This document shows, piece after piece, positions 37,015 through 45,709 of a stretch of 47,728 nt of DNA. Source of the stretch: Anaerolineaceae bacterium. Lineage in GTDB: Bacteria > Chloroflexota > Anaerolineae > Anaerolineales > Anaerolineaceae. Within the stretch, counting starts at the first letter, position 1. Each line of letters starts with the position of its first letter. Location of the stretch: NCBI GenBank assembly GCA_039680395.1, contig JBDKSY010000081.1, positions 1-47,728 on the forward strand. The letters are read 5' to 3'. The position numbers were made by a program, and so were the translations under genes. The notes beneath the pieces were generated by a model. That model worked only from the letters and a program-made list of their open reading frames with translations, ran no database searches and had not been told where the DNA came from.

Positions 37015-37626
37015 ATGGCTTTTGAATTACCTGCTTTACCGTATAAATTTGATGCTCTGGAAAAGGCATTAGATGCGCAGACAGTCGAGATTCATTATAC
37101 CAAGCATCATGCCACCTATTTAAAGAACCTGAATACTACTTTAGAGCAGTACCCTCAATTATTCAACCTTCCCATTGAGAAAATTTTGTCTGAACTTGAT
37201 CAGGTGCCCGAGCAAATTCGCACCGCAGTTCGCAATAATGGTGGTGGATATTTCAATCACATCCTGTATTGGAATGGTCTTTCTCCAAATGGCGGTGGGC
37301 AACCAAAAGGAAAATTGGGACAACTAATTGAGCGCACTTTTGGTTCATTCGATAGCTTTTCTATAGAGATGGATAAATCCGGTCTGGGAAGATTTGGTAG
37401 TGGCTGGGCATGGTTGAGCCGGAAGAATGATGGTTCGCTCGTTATCCATTCCACTCCGAATCAAGACTCACCACTCGCTGAAGGGTTATTTCCAATACTA
37501 GGAATTGATGTTTGGGAGCATGCTTATTACCTGCGATACCAGAACCGGCGTGCTGATTACCTCTCCAGCATCTGGAATATCATCAACTGGGACGAAGCTG
37601 AAAGACGTTATCTTGTTGTACAATAA
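37015..37626 (+). CDS. sodA: Fe/Mn superoxide dismutase
   Basis: Start ATG 37015 after GGAGG. Contains [25 protein letters not shown]. Metal specificity is not resolved. Confidence 0.95.
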   Translation: MAFELPALPYKFDALEKALDAQTVEIHYTKHHATYLKNLNTTLEQYPQLFNLPIEKILSELDQVPEQIRTAVRNNGGGYFNHILYWNGLSPNGGGQPKGKLGQLIERTFGSFDSFSIEMDKSGLGRFGSGWAWLSRKNDGSLVIHSTPNQDSPLAEGLFPILGIDVWEHAYYLRYQNRRADYLSSIWNIINWDEAERRYLVVQ

Positions 37627-37653
37627 ATTAATACTAATCTTCGGGAGGTAACC

Positions 37654-38067
37654 ATGACACATGTAATAACCAGTTTATGCCTGCGTGATGGCGGTTGCGT
37701 TACAGTCTGCCCAGTGGAATGTATCATTCCTGGAAAACCCGAAGATAAATATCCGTTATTCTATATAGACCCAGAGACTTGTATTGATTGTGGCGCATGC
37801 ATCCCAGAGTGTCCCTTTAAAGCAATTTTTCCTGGGGATGAAGTTCCTTCAGCTTATGTTTCTGATATTCCAAAGATCATTTCCATGCCAGCAGGCACTC
37901 CTGGTTTTGACCAAATCTATGATGGATTTGATTATGAAGGCAAGCCAATACACCTCGCAAGCACACGAATGTTGCCTGCAGGTGAAGTTGTTGATCTTAC
38001 TCCAGATATCGTGGCGAATGCGTCTTACTTTAATGGAGGTCCCGGTTACGAAGCATTAAAAGAATGA
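37654..38067 (+). CDS. Ferredoxin (dicluster Fe-S type) with a C-terminal extension
   Basis: 137 aa with Cys motifs C..C...CPVEC and CIDCGACIPECP. Confidence 0.85.
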   Translation: MTHVITSLCLRDGGCVTVCPVECIIPGKPEDKYPLFYIDPETCIDCGACIPECPFKAIFPGDEVPSAYVSDIPKIISMPAGTPGFDQIYDGFDYEGKPIHLASTRMLPAGEVVDLTPDIVANASYFNGGPGYEALKE

Positions 38068-38798
38068 TGGATGGAAGCGTAAAGTGCGGCACCAATGATA
38101 CCAGCTTGGTTGTATAACTGGGCTGGTACTATTTTTGTTCGTACGTTGATGTATGGAAAGAATTTCGCATGATTTCTACTGATTCCCCCACCGATGATGA
38201 TTATATCGGGCCAAAAGAGATTCTCCATTATCCGTATATATTCTTCAACGCAGGCTGCCCATTCTTTCCAATTTAAATCTTTCTTTACCTTTACAGCAGC
38301 AGAAGCACGTTTTTCAGCATCTTTTTCACGAATCTGCAAATGTCCAAATTCCAGATTGGGAAGCAAAACTCCATCATTAAAGATGGCTGTTCCAATACCA
38401 GTACCTAAGGTGATCACCAGAACGACACCCTTAAAATCTTTTGCTGCTCCAAATCTGACTTCAGCCAACCCGGCTACATCTGCATCGTTTGCCACGTAAA
38501 ATGGATTGCCAGTCTCTTCCTGAAATACCCGCTCGACATTTATATTGATCCATGAAGCATCAATATTCGCTGCGGTATAGCAGACTCCATGCAGCATAAC
38601 GCCTGGAAAACCAGCACCTGCAGGTCCTTGATAATCCAGTTTTTTAACCAATTTTTTGACAACTTTTGCAACTGCTTTAGGGGTTGATGGGTCTGGAGTT
38701 ACCAGACGTATCCGTTCGCTGACCAATTGTCCAGCCTCTATATCAACTATTGCCCCTTTAATTCCCGATCCGCCAACATCAATTCCCAAAGTATTCAT
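38046..38798 (-). CDS. ppgK: ROK-family polyphosphate/ATP glucokinase
   Basis: 250 aa with LGIDVGGSGIKGAIVD and short PpgK-type architecture. Its 3' end overlaps the convergent ferredoxin gene by 22 nt. Confidence 0.85.
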   Translation of the reverse strand: MNTLGIDVGGSGIKGAIVDIEAGQLVSERIRLVTPDPSTPKAVAKVVKKLVKKLDYQGPAGAGFPGVMLHGVCYTAANIDASWININVERVFQEETGNPFYVANDADVAGLAEVRFGAAKDFKGVVLVITLGTGIGTAIFNDGVLLPNLEFGHLQIREKDAEKRASAAVKVKKDLNWKEWAACVEEYIRIMENLFWPDIIIIGGGISRNHAKFFPYINVRTKIVPAQLYNQAGIIGAALYASIHHSFNAS

Positions 38799-38829
38799 GG
38801 ATATCCCTCAATCAGGTTGGTTTATTATT

Positions 38830-39963
38830 TTATGGACAGGCGTTCTGCAGATGTTCCTCATATGTTACAGCAAATTGATGTTTTCCACTCCCATCACATG
38901 CAGCTCTGAAGTAATAATACGGTGTTTGAGCTGGAGATGCAACTGCCTCAATTGCTTTTACAGAAGGAGCACTGATCGGTGATGGAGGTAAACCTTGATA
39001 CAAATAAGTATTGTTTAGAGAATCGATCTGAAGTTGTTCTGCGTTAATTGGATTTGTCCACCAGGTATTTTGTTCTGAATTGAAGCCAATGGCATATTGC
39101 ACCGTGGGATCGCTATCCAACCGCATACCCGATTCAAGCCGGTTATAGAAAACAGAGGCGATCATTGGTTTTTCTTCATCTACCATCGCTTCTCGCTCAA
39201 CAATCGAGGCAAGGATCAACCCCTCATAAGGACTCAGTCCCAGGGAAGCAAGTTGAGATATTATGGAATCAGAAAATTGCGCTTCCTGATCTTTCTCCAA
39301 TATGGATAAAAATTCTCCCAGGGTAGCGGTACGCTGAATGATGAATTCGCCGGGTGGTAATAACCCTTCAAGCGAAGTTGGATCCCCCCAGAAGCTTAGG
39401 TCAAGCAATGTTGCAGGATTCTGGGCAGCATTGAGAAATTCTTCTTTTCCAAAAGCCAGACCAGAATTGGGAATGGTCCCTGCGATCTCTTCAATCCGCC
39501 ATCCAGCCAGTAAACCGAATGTTACTTCTTCTGGCGTTGCGTCAACAATTTCGTACGCAATTGCCACAGGATTCATTAAATTGTTTATGGTGTGTGTGCG
39601 AGCTTGGATTTTTGTATCCAGACCTGAATAGATCAAGTAATCAATAAATGATTCAGTATTAGAAATGAACCCCTCTTGATAAAGCCGGTTTGCAATAGAT
39701 TGAATGCCTTCACCACTTTCAATGCTAAATTTTATTTCCTTTTCTCCCCTTCCCGCAGGGGATAGCAATTCATCTTTGTGGAATTCAAGTTGAAATGCAT
39801 AGGAATACTTTTGAACAACTGTCAGAGAAGGTGATGCTGGCCCGAATACACTTTCAACCTGTTGGGGTAAACGATAAACCACCCAACTGATTCCTGCCAA
39901 TACTGCACACAAAGCAATTACCAGAACCAGGATGATCAATTTTGATGTAGTTTTATGTCTCAT
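38830..39963 (-). CDS. mltG: Endolytic murein transglycosylase MltG (YceG-like)
   Basis: 377 aa: N-terminal TM helix, LASIVEREA, DPTVQY, and YNTY-like NNTYLYQGLPPSPISAPS. Confidence 0.9.
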   Translation of the reverse strand: MRHKTTSKLIILVLVIALCAVLAGISWVVYRLPQQVESVFGPASPSLTVVQKYSYAFQLEFHKDELLSPAGRGEKEIKFSIESGEGIQSIANRLYQEGFISNTESFIDYLIYSGLDTKIQARTHTINNLMNPVAIAYEIVDATPEEVTFGLLAGWRIEEIAGTIPNSGLAFGKEEFLNAAQNPATLLDLSFWGDPTSLEGLLPPGEFIIQRTATLGEFLSILEKDQEAQFSDSIISQLASLGLSPYEGLILASIVEREAMVDEEKPMIASVFYNRLESGMRLDSDPTVQYAIGFNSEQNTWWTNPINAEQLQIDSLNNTYLYQGLPPSPISAPSVKAIEAVASPAQTPYYYFRAACDGSGKHQFAVTYEEHLQNACP

Positions 39964-40399
39964 TGAAGTTGTTTTCCTGATTCATACGATTTGCTTCCAG
40001 ATAATCTTGCAACAGAATTGAAGCAGCAAAATCATCCAGATGTCCTGCACGCCTGGAACGCGGTACATCCATCTCTCGAGCATACCTTTGAGCAGATTGC
40101 GTGGTACCACTCTCATCCCATAAAACAACTGGTTTATTGGTGATTATTTTTATTGCTTCAGCCAATCTGGCAGCTCTGCGTCCCTGGATGGATAACGTAC
40201 CATCATCTTGAAGAGCTTGACCCACTACGATGCAGCTTATCTCATTTTCTTGAACAAGGGCTGCGATTTCTTGAGCATCCTTTTCTCGAGATGTATGCAA
40301 AATTACTTTCAATGGTCGGGCGATCGTGCCAGTCAGATCGCTTATTGCGACTCCGATACGTTTATTACCCGGGTCAATTCCTAGAAATCTACAGCTCAT
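39953..40399 (-). CDS. ruvX: Putative pre-16S rRNA nuclease / Holliday-junction-resolvase-like YqgF
   Basis: Start ATG 40399 (MSCRFLGIDPGNKRIGVAISD), which overlaps the upstream gene's stop as ATGA. The track ORF's longer N-terminus is unlikely. Confidence 0.9.
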   Translation of the reverse strand: MSCRFLGIDPGNKRIGVAISDLTGTIARPLKVILHTSREKDAQEIAALVQENEISCIVVGQALQDDGTLSIQGRRAARLAEAIKIITNKPVVLWDESGTTQSAQRYAREMDVPRSRRAGHLDDFAASILLQDYLEANRMNQENNFNET

Positions 40400-41883
40400 G
40401 GAGACTCTATTTCTATTTGGAAGGAGAGGTAGGGCATTCGTGTCCAAAATCCAGGGTAGACGATCACTTCACTGGCTGGTAAAACACCTGGAATTTGCTT
40501 GACGAAGTTCACCGCTTCTTCCTTCTTCATTCCTCGCATTTGAAGTGCGAGGGTTTCGTGATCAATATTGGTTGTGATATTTCGAACCGCAAAAATATCC
40601 CACTCATATGGTTCAGATTTTCCAACAGGCTCACTCAACAGGGTATATTGCAGACTCCCTGGAACACTTTTTTGGTTTTTCTCTAAAATTGCATCCATGC
40701 TCATCTGAATTGCCTGGTGTACATCTAAATCTTTGTAATAGAGAAGCGTAATAGTTGCAGTTTGCTTTAATTGCAAATATTCAGAAGGCATTCCAATCCC
40801 TGGTTGAATTTCTTCGTAAGTGACATCAATTACGGGGGATTCTGCTTCGATAACAATAATACTATCTTCTGTTTCACTGATCTTCAATTTTGCAGCAGCG
40901 ATCAGATCCTGTTCAAGTTCCTGTCGCAATTTGAGAAGATCGCTTTCCATTCCCACAGGTGAGATCACATCTTCTCCACCTGTACATGGTTGGGGATTGG
41001 TAACATTCAAATACACACCAACAGTCCCTTCCACCGCAACGATCTGGTCAATCTCCACATTTCCAATCGTTCCTGGTTGCAAGGCTATGATCTCAACTGT
41101 TTTCGTTGATCCCATGCCCCCAGTCACAATAATGTCTCTCGTTGTTGCAAATCGGATGACAGGATTACTCTGGGTTAAAACAATGGTACCAGCCGGAACA
41201 GTGACAGAGGTATCACGTAAGCTGGTGAAAACTACTTCGCCCTGTGCATAAGTTTTCGGGACTGCCTGCTGACCACTGGTTTGAATTTGCTTTTCCCCAG
41301 TCACGCTGATCTCCGCAACTTCAAGAGGGATGTTACCAGCAATATCAGGGGAGGAATATTTGCTGCTTCCACGTAAAGTCATTGTGACCTCTTGTTGCAA
41401 GTTGGATGTCTTTACAACAACCCTGGCTCGAGGTGCAAATAAAATCACCAGAGAAAGCATGGCAGCTACCCCGATTAAAAATGAAGTCACCCTCAACCAT
41501 ATCGGTTGATGGCGTGGTTTTAAAACTTCCCGTCTCTCGCGCAACTCTGCTGCTGAAGCTACTTTTTCTCGTGAGGGTAACTTTTGTAAGTATTTTTTAC
41601 TTCTTCGCCAGGGTTTACTATTCGCTTCAGGAATAGAAGCGAAAAAAGGTACACCCATTTCTTTAGCAAGCTCCAAAACCTCGTTATCATGGGTGATCAA
41701 ACCCAATTGTGCTCCTTGCCATCTTGCCTTGCGGGCTAATAATTGAAGATCTTTCTTTGAATGGATGATATGTTGCTTCTTCGGCAGTACAAGCAACACT
41801 CTTGTACTTTTTGACCATGAAATCTGGTCTAGTACAGAGATGACATCGTCATGACTTTCAGGTTGAAGAATGTGAGTTTTCAT
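40396..41883 (-). CDS. Membrane-anchored hypothetical protein with a baseplate-J/gp47-like beta-rich ectodomain
   Basis: 495 aa. It has an N-terminal ~95-aa soluble domain, one TM helix (WLRVTSFLIGVAAMLSLVILFA), then ..AQGEVVFTSLRDTSVTVPAGTIVLT..IRFATTRDI..VEIIALQPGTIGNVEIDQIV..VTNPQPCTGGEDV..ESDLLKLRQ, which resembles the Baseplate_J pattern. The resemblance is by eye only. Confidence 0.6.
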   Translation of the reverse strand: MKTHILQPESHDDVISVLDQISWSKSTRVLLVLPKKQHIIHSKKDLQLLARKARWQGAQLGLITHDNEVLELAKEMGVPFFASIPEANSKPWRRSKKYLQKLPSREKVASAAELRERREVLKPRHQPIWLRVTSFLIGVAAMLSLVILFAPRARVVVKTSNLQQEVTMTLRGSSKYSSPDIAGNIPLEVAEISVTGEKQIQTSGQQAVPKTYAQGEVVFTSLRDTSVTVPAGTIVLTQSNPVIRFATTRDIIVTGGMGSTKTVEIIALQPGTIGNVEIDQIVAVEGTVGVYLNVTNPQPCTGGEDVISPVGMESDLLKLRQELEQDLIAAAKLKISETEDSIIVIEAESPVIDVTYEEIQPGIGMPSEYLQLKQTATITLLYYKDLDVHQAIQMSMDAILEKNQKSVPGSLQYTLLSEPVGKSEPYEWDIFAVRNITTNIDHETLALQMRGMKKEEAVNFVKQIPGVLPASEVIVYPGFWTRMPYLSFQIEIESP

Positions 41884-42086
41884 CTGACGTTTTTTTGATT
41901 GCTCTGAAAATTATACTGTATAACCCAAACAATCATATTCACTGGTTGATCAATTAATGTTCTATCAAGAATAAACAAGAAATATTCGTTATAATGAAAA
42001 AGTTATACCATCACGGAACTGGTTTCGTATTTTTTTGAAGGCAAATTATATGGTTCGGTTGGTATAACATAATTGGAGAAAGAAAA

Positions 42087-42905
42087 ATGAAAAAGATAAT
42101 TTTGATGGTCCTTTTATTGGTGGTAGTCTCTGCTTGTGGGCGTATTTCTCCCACTGCAACGCAAGATTTGGTTGCTACGATTGTAGAGCAAACATTATCA
42201 GCACCCACCAACACGGTAAACCCAACGAATACAGAAGAAGTTTCTGTTACTTTAACACCTACCCCTGAATCTTCTATTACACCAACCATTACAACATCTC
42301 CCACCGTTGTGACAGATGAGATTCGAAACACCCTGGGTGCTCCTGCGTGGCAAGATCAGTTGAATGATTGCTCATCGTTTGGATTGTGTACACCCTATGA
42401 AGATGATAATTCGAAAGTGACAGTTGCTGATGGTGCCATGATCATGACCAGCAAGACCACTGGAGGGTATCAAACCTGGCGATTAACTTATCCGCGCCCT
42501 CAAAACATGTATCTCGAAGGGACTTTTACCGTTCAGACCTGCTCGGGTGGAGATATGTATGGGTTGGTTTTTCGGGCAAAGGATTACACCAGCGGTGTTG
42601 GGTATTACCTGGGAGTTACCTGTGATGGACGTTACAGCCTGGATAAATGGGACGCATCTGGAAAGTCAAATGTGCTATCTCTGACCCAATCAGATGTGCT
42701 GGTTGCTGGTTCAAACCAGACCAATCGTATAGGTGTGCTTGCAAATGGAGATTCATTCCGCATTTATGCTAATGGCAAATTCATTCAAGAGATCACCGAC
42801 TCCAGCATCCCGGGAGAAGGATATATCGGGGCTTTCATAGCCGGAGTGAATACTCCTGGTTTCACGACGGAATTAACCGATATTGCATATTGGAATTTGC
42901 CCTGA
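42087..42905 (+). CDS. Lipoprotein with a Thr/Pro-rich linker and a C-terminal lectin/LamG-like beta-sandwich domain
   Basis: 272 aa. Signal peptide plus lipobox MKKIILMVLLLVVVSAC. The fold guess comes from the repetitive beta pattern only. Confidence 0.7.
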   Translation: MKKIILMVLLLVVVSACGRISPTATQDLVATIVEQTLSAPTNTVNPTNTEEVSVTLTPTPESSITPTITTSPTVVTDEIRNTLGAPAWQDQLNDCSSFGLCTPYEDDNSKVTVADGAMIMTSKTTGGYQTWRLTYPRPQNMYLEGTFTVQTCSGGDMYGLVFRAKDYTSGVGYYLGVTCDGRYSLDKWDASGKSNVLSLTQSDVLVAGSNQTNRIGVLANGDSFRIYANGKFIQEITDSSIPGEGYIGAFIAGVNTPGFTTELTDIAYWNLP

Positions 42906-42937
42906 AGTTCATCGTAGGATACAATTTAATCCATTAA

Positions 42938-42964
42938 CATCAGAAAGAAGTTATCATTCTGATG
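42938..42964 (+). other. Hairpin after the lipoprotein gene (8-bp stem CATCAGAA / TTCTGATG, 11-nt loop)
   Basis: Read directly. There is no U-run, so a terminator function is uncertain. Confidence 0.3.
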
Positions 42965-42993
42965 AGATAATATATTTCAAATTCGAGAGCGAA

Positions 42994-43578
42994 ATGCAAC
43001 CAGCATTTTTACCTTTAAAACAGCAAGTAATTCAAAAAGCCCGTGAAATACTGTCAAAAGAACCAATATTTTTGGATACTGAAACCACTGGATTAGGCAC
43101 TTCCGATGAGATCATCGAAATTGCGCTGGTAGATCATGAGGGTAACATTCTGTTCCAAAGCCTGATTCACCCAACCATACCCATTCCAGCAGAATCTAGT
43201 CGCATCAACAACATTACAAATGAAATGGTGCAAAGCGCTCCTTACTGGCATCAAGTGTGGCCAGACGTTGGTGCTCTTTTGCAGGGGAAAATTGCTGTTA
43301 TATACAATTCGGAATTCGATGTTCGTATGATGACCCAGACCCATCAAGCCTGGCGTATACCCTGGAAAAAGACATTCATGCCAGTTTGCCTGATGAAACT
43401 TTATGCTGCTTTTTTAGGTGATTGGAATTCGTATAAAAACGATTTTCGGTTCGTTACACTGGAAAAAGCGGGGCAACAATGTGGGATACAGATCCCCAAT
43501 TCACATCGGGCAACCGATGATACATTGCTAGCCCACGCGCTCCTCAAGTACCTGGCATCTCTGGAAATCGCATCGTGA
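42994..43578 (+). CDS. DEDDh-family 3'-5' exonuclease (DnaQ/epsilon-like domain)
   Basis: 194 aa from ATG 42994. ExoI is FLDTETTG, ExoII is IYNSEFDVRMM, ExoIII is HRATDDTLLAHALL. The upstream part of the track ORF has no support. Confidence 0.85.
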   Translation: MQPAFLPLKQQVIQKAREILSKEPIFLDTETTGLGTSDEIIEIALVDHEGNILFQSLIHPTIPIPAESSRINNITNEMVQSAPYWHQVWPDVGALLQGKIAVIYNSEFDVRMMTQTHQAWRIPWKKTFMPVCLMKLYAAFLGDWNSYKNDFRFVTLEKAGQQCGIQIPNSHRATDDTLLAHALLKYLASLEIAS

Positions 43579-43585
43579 AGGGGTT

Positions 43586-45709
43586 ATGACATCCATAACG
43601 GAATTTTCTCCAGAACAAGAAAGCGTACTCAACGCATCGCAAAGAGGAAATGTTTTTCTTTCTGGCAAAGCAGGTACAGGCAAAACCAGTGCTGCGTTGC
43701 AGCATATCATTAACCTGGTGAATGATGGTGTTTCAGCAAACCAGATTCTCATCATTATTCCCCAACGGACACTGGCAAAACCTTATTACGATCTACTCCA
43801 CTCTTTCGACTTGCCTTCGGGGTCAATCCCTACAGTAGCAACCCTCGGAGGGCTTGCCCGCAGGATGATCGCTCTTTTCTGGCCGTTGGTAAACACTCAA
43901 TTTGATTTTGCTCAAAAAGATTCTCCACCCGTATTCCTTACTCTTGAAACTGCACAATATTACCTTGCCAATGTAGCTGATAGCATCATTGACACATCAG
44001 GTTATTTCACCTCGCTTCATATCAAAAGGAACAGGCTGTACAGCCAAATTCTAGACAATCTTAATAAAGCTGCATTGGTGGGATTTCCACTTGATTCTAT
44101 TGGTGAAAGATTATCGGTTGCTTGGAATGGCGAATTTGGTCATACCATCATCTATCAACAGGCTCAAGAAATTGCCCGGCAGTTCCGCCTGTACTGTCTC
44201 CAACATGATCTATTAGATTTTTCTCTCCAGATGGAGATATTTCACCGCTTCCTTTCGCATCAACCTGTTGCAAGGATGTACCTTCAAGAAAACTATTCTC
44301 ATCTTGTTTATGACAATGTCGAGGAAGACGCTCCTGCCTCCCATGACCTGATCGAAGATTGGATGTCTCAATTTCAAACTGCTCTATTCATTAAAGATGA
44401 CAACGCAGGATATCGTTCATTTATGGGTGCAGATCCCATCAGCTCTGAACGCTTTATGCAATATTGTCCAGGAATTTTCCACTTCACACATTCTTTCCAA
44501 TCTTCAGAATCGGTTCAAAGATTCTCACAGGCTTTATCGGCCTGTATTTATCATGAAAAGCCTGCTATTGATCATGAGATGCTGGGTGCATTTTCAGAAG
44601 AATTTTACAGGCTTGCACCTGAAAGCAATCATGCAGTGGTTCAGCAAATCGTGAGACTGGTTGATTCAGGCATTTCTCCTTCGCAAATTGCTGTTCTCAC
44701 CCCAATTCTAAATGACACAACCCGTTTTACATTATCTGATTCCCTGATGAAAAAAGGGATTCGCTGCCGTTCATTTCGACCATCTCGTCCACTCAATGCA
44801 GAACCAGCTTCAGCCTGTCTCCTTACTCTCGCGAAGCTGGCACATCCTCACTGGTGCCTGCAGGTGAATAATATTGAGTTTCGTAACGCATTGATGGTTG
44901 CGATTGGTGAAATGGATATGGTTCGCGCCGCCATCCTCAGTGACATCGTTTTGCACAAGAAACAGGATGCCAACCTGTTATCTTCTTTTGATGACATCAA
45001 AGAATCATCGCGCATCGAGCAAATTACCTACGGTCTAGGCAATAAATATGAAACCCTTCGCATCTGGCTGGATGAGTATCAGCAAGATGCACCCATTTAC
45101 CTTGATATATTCTTGAGCCGTTTATTTGGTGAAGTTCTATCTCAACCAGGGTTTGGTTTTCATGATCGCCTGGATAATGCAGCCATCTGCGCGCGATTAA
45201 TTGAATCGGTACAAAAATTCCGCAAAGTGGTTACAGCTGCTGGCACCCTGGGAGGAAAGGAAATTGGTCAGGAGTATGTCGAGATGGTTAACCGGGGAGT
45301 TCTGGCTGCTCAATACATTAACCAAACTGACCAGGATACGGACAATGCGGTGTTGATTGCACCCGCCTATACTTTCCTTATGTCTAACCAATCTGTAGAT
45401 TATCAATTCTGGCTGGATATCAGCAGCATTTCCTGGTCAGAGAGATTGGAACAACCCCTTACTCATCCATTTGTTTTAAGCCGCAATTGGAAAATCGAAG
45501 ATAAATGGACACATGCGCACGAAAATCAATTGAGCAATGAAACGCTCTACCGTTTAGTAAACGGTCTTAGCGCTCGCTGCAATCAGCATATTTTCCTTTA
45601 TGCAAGTGGGATAAGCGAACAAGGACAGGAGCAAAGCAGTCCATTCTTGAAAGCATTGCAGCGCCTTAGCCGCAACCTGGTTCAGTTCGAGGATAACGAG
45701 AATGTTTGA
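43586..45709 (+). CDS. UvrD/AddB-like helicase-family protein with an intact Walker A, degenerate late helicase motifs, and no recognisable nuclease domain
   Basis: 707 aa. Motifs: FLSGKAGTGKT (motif I), ILIIIPQRTLAKPY (AddB-like Ia), VYDNVEEDAP (motif II-like), IAVLTPILND..L..KGIRC (motif IV-like). Where motif VI (T.H.sKGLE) is expected, it reads APAYTFLMSNQSVD. There is no Cys cluster or PD-(D/E)xK motif. It starts 8 nt after the exonuclease stop. Confidence 0.6.
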   Translation: MTSITEFSPEQESVLNASQRGNVFLSGKAGTGKTSAALQHIINLVNDGVSANQILIIIPQRTLAKPYYDLLHSFDLPSGSIPTVATLGGLARRMIALFWPLVNTQFDFAQKDSPPVFLTLETAQYYLANVADSIIDTSGYFTSLHIKRNRLYSQILDNLNKAALVGFPLDSIGERLSVAWNGEFGHTIIYQQAQEIARQFRLYCLQHDLLDFSLQMEIFHRFLSHQPVARMYLQENYSHLVYDNVEEDAPASHDLIEDWMSQFQTALFIKDDNAGYRSFMGADPISSERFMQYCPGIFHFTHSFQSSESVQRFSQALSACIYHEKPAIDHEMLGAFSEEFYRLAPESNHAVVQQIVRLVDSGISPSQIAVLTPILNDTTRFTLSDSLMKKGIRCRSFRPSRPLNAEPASACLLTLAKLAHPHWCLQVNNIEFRNALMVAIGEMDMVRAAILSDIVLHKKQDANLLSSFDDIKESSRIEQITYGLGNKYETLRIWLDEYQQDAPIYLDIFLSRLFGEVLSQPGFGFHDRLDNAAICARLIESVQKFRKVVTAAGTLGGKEIGQEYVEMVNRGVLAAQYINQTDQDTDNAVLIAPAYTFLMSNQSVDYQFWLDISSISWSERLEQPLTHPFVLSRNWKIEDKWTHAHENQLSNETLYRLVNGLSARCNQHIFLYASGISEQGQEQSSPFLKALQRLSRNLVQFEDNENV

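Noticed and set aside
38046-38067. A 22-bp overlap of the convergent ferredoxin and ppgK 3' ends as a possible antisense-regulation feature.
   Set aside because: Short convergent overlaps are common in compact genomes. No structure or motif is present, and the alternative explanations (slightly different stops) cannot be tested here.
40396-41883. Baseplate-J-like gene as evidence of a prophage or tailocin.
   Set aside because: There are no tail, sheath, capsid, integrase or lysis genes within the window. The gene is translationally coupled to ruvX and mltG and has a TM anchor.
42011-42331. Minus-strand 106-aa ORF overlapping the lipoprotein start.
   Set aside because: Its Val/Gly-rich product is simply the complement of the Thr/Pro-rich linker of the plus-strand lipoprotein. 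That lipoprotein has a clear signal peptide, a lipobox and an SD.
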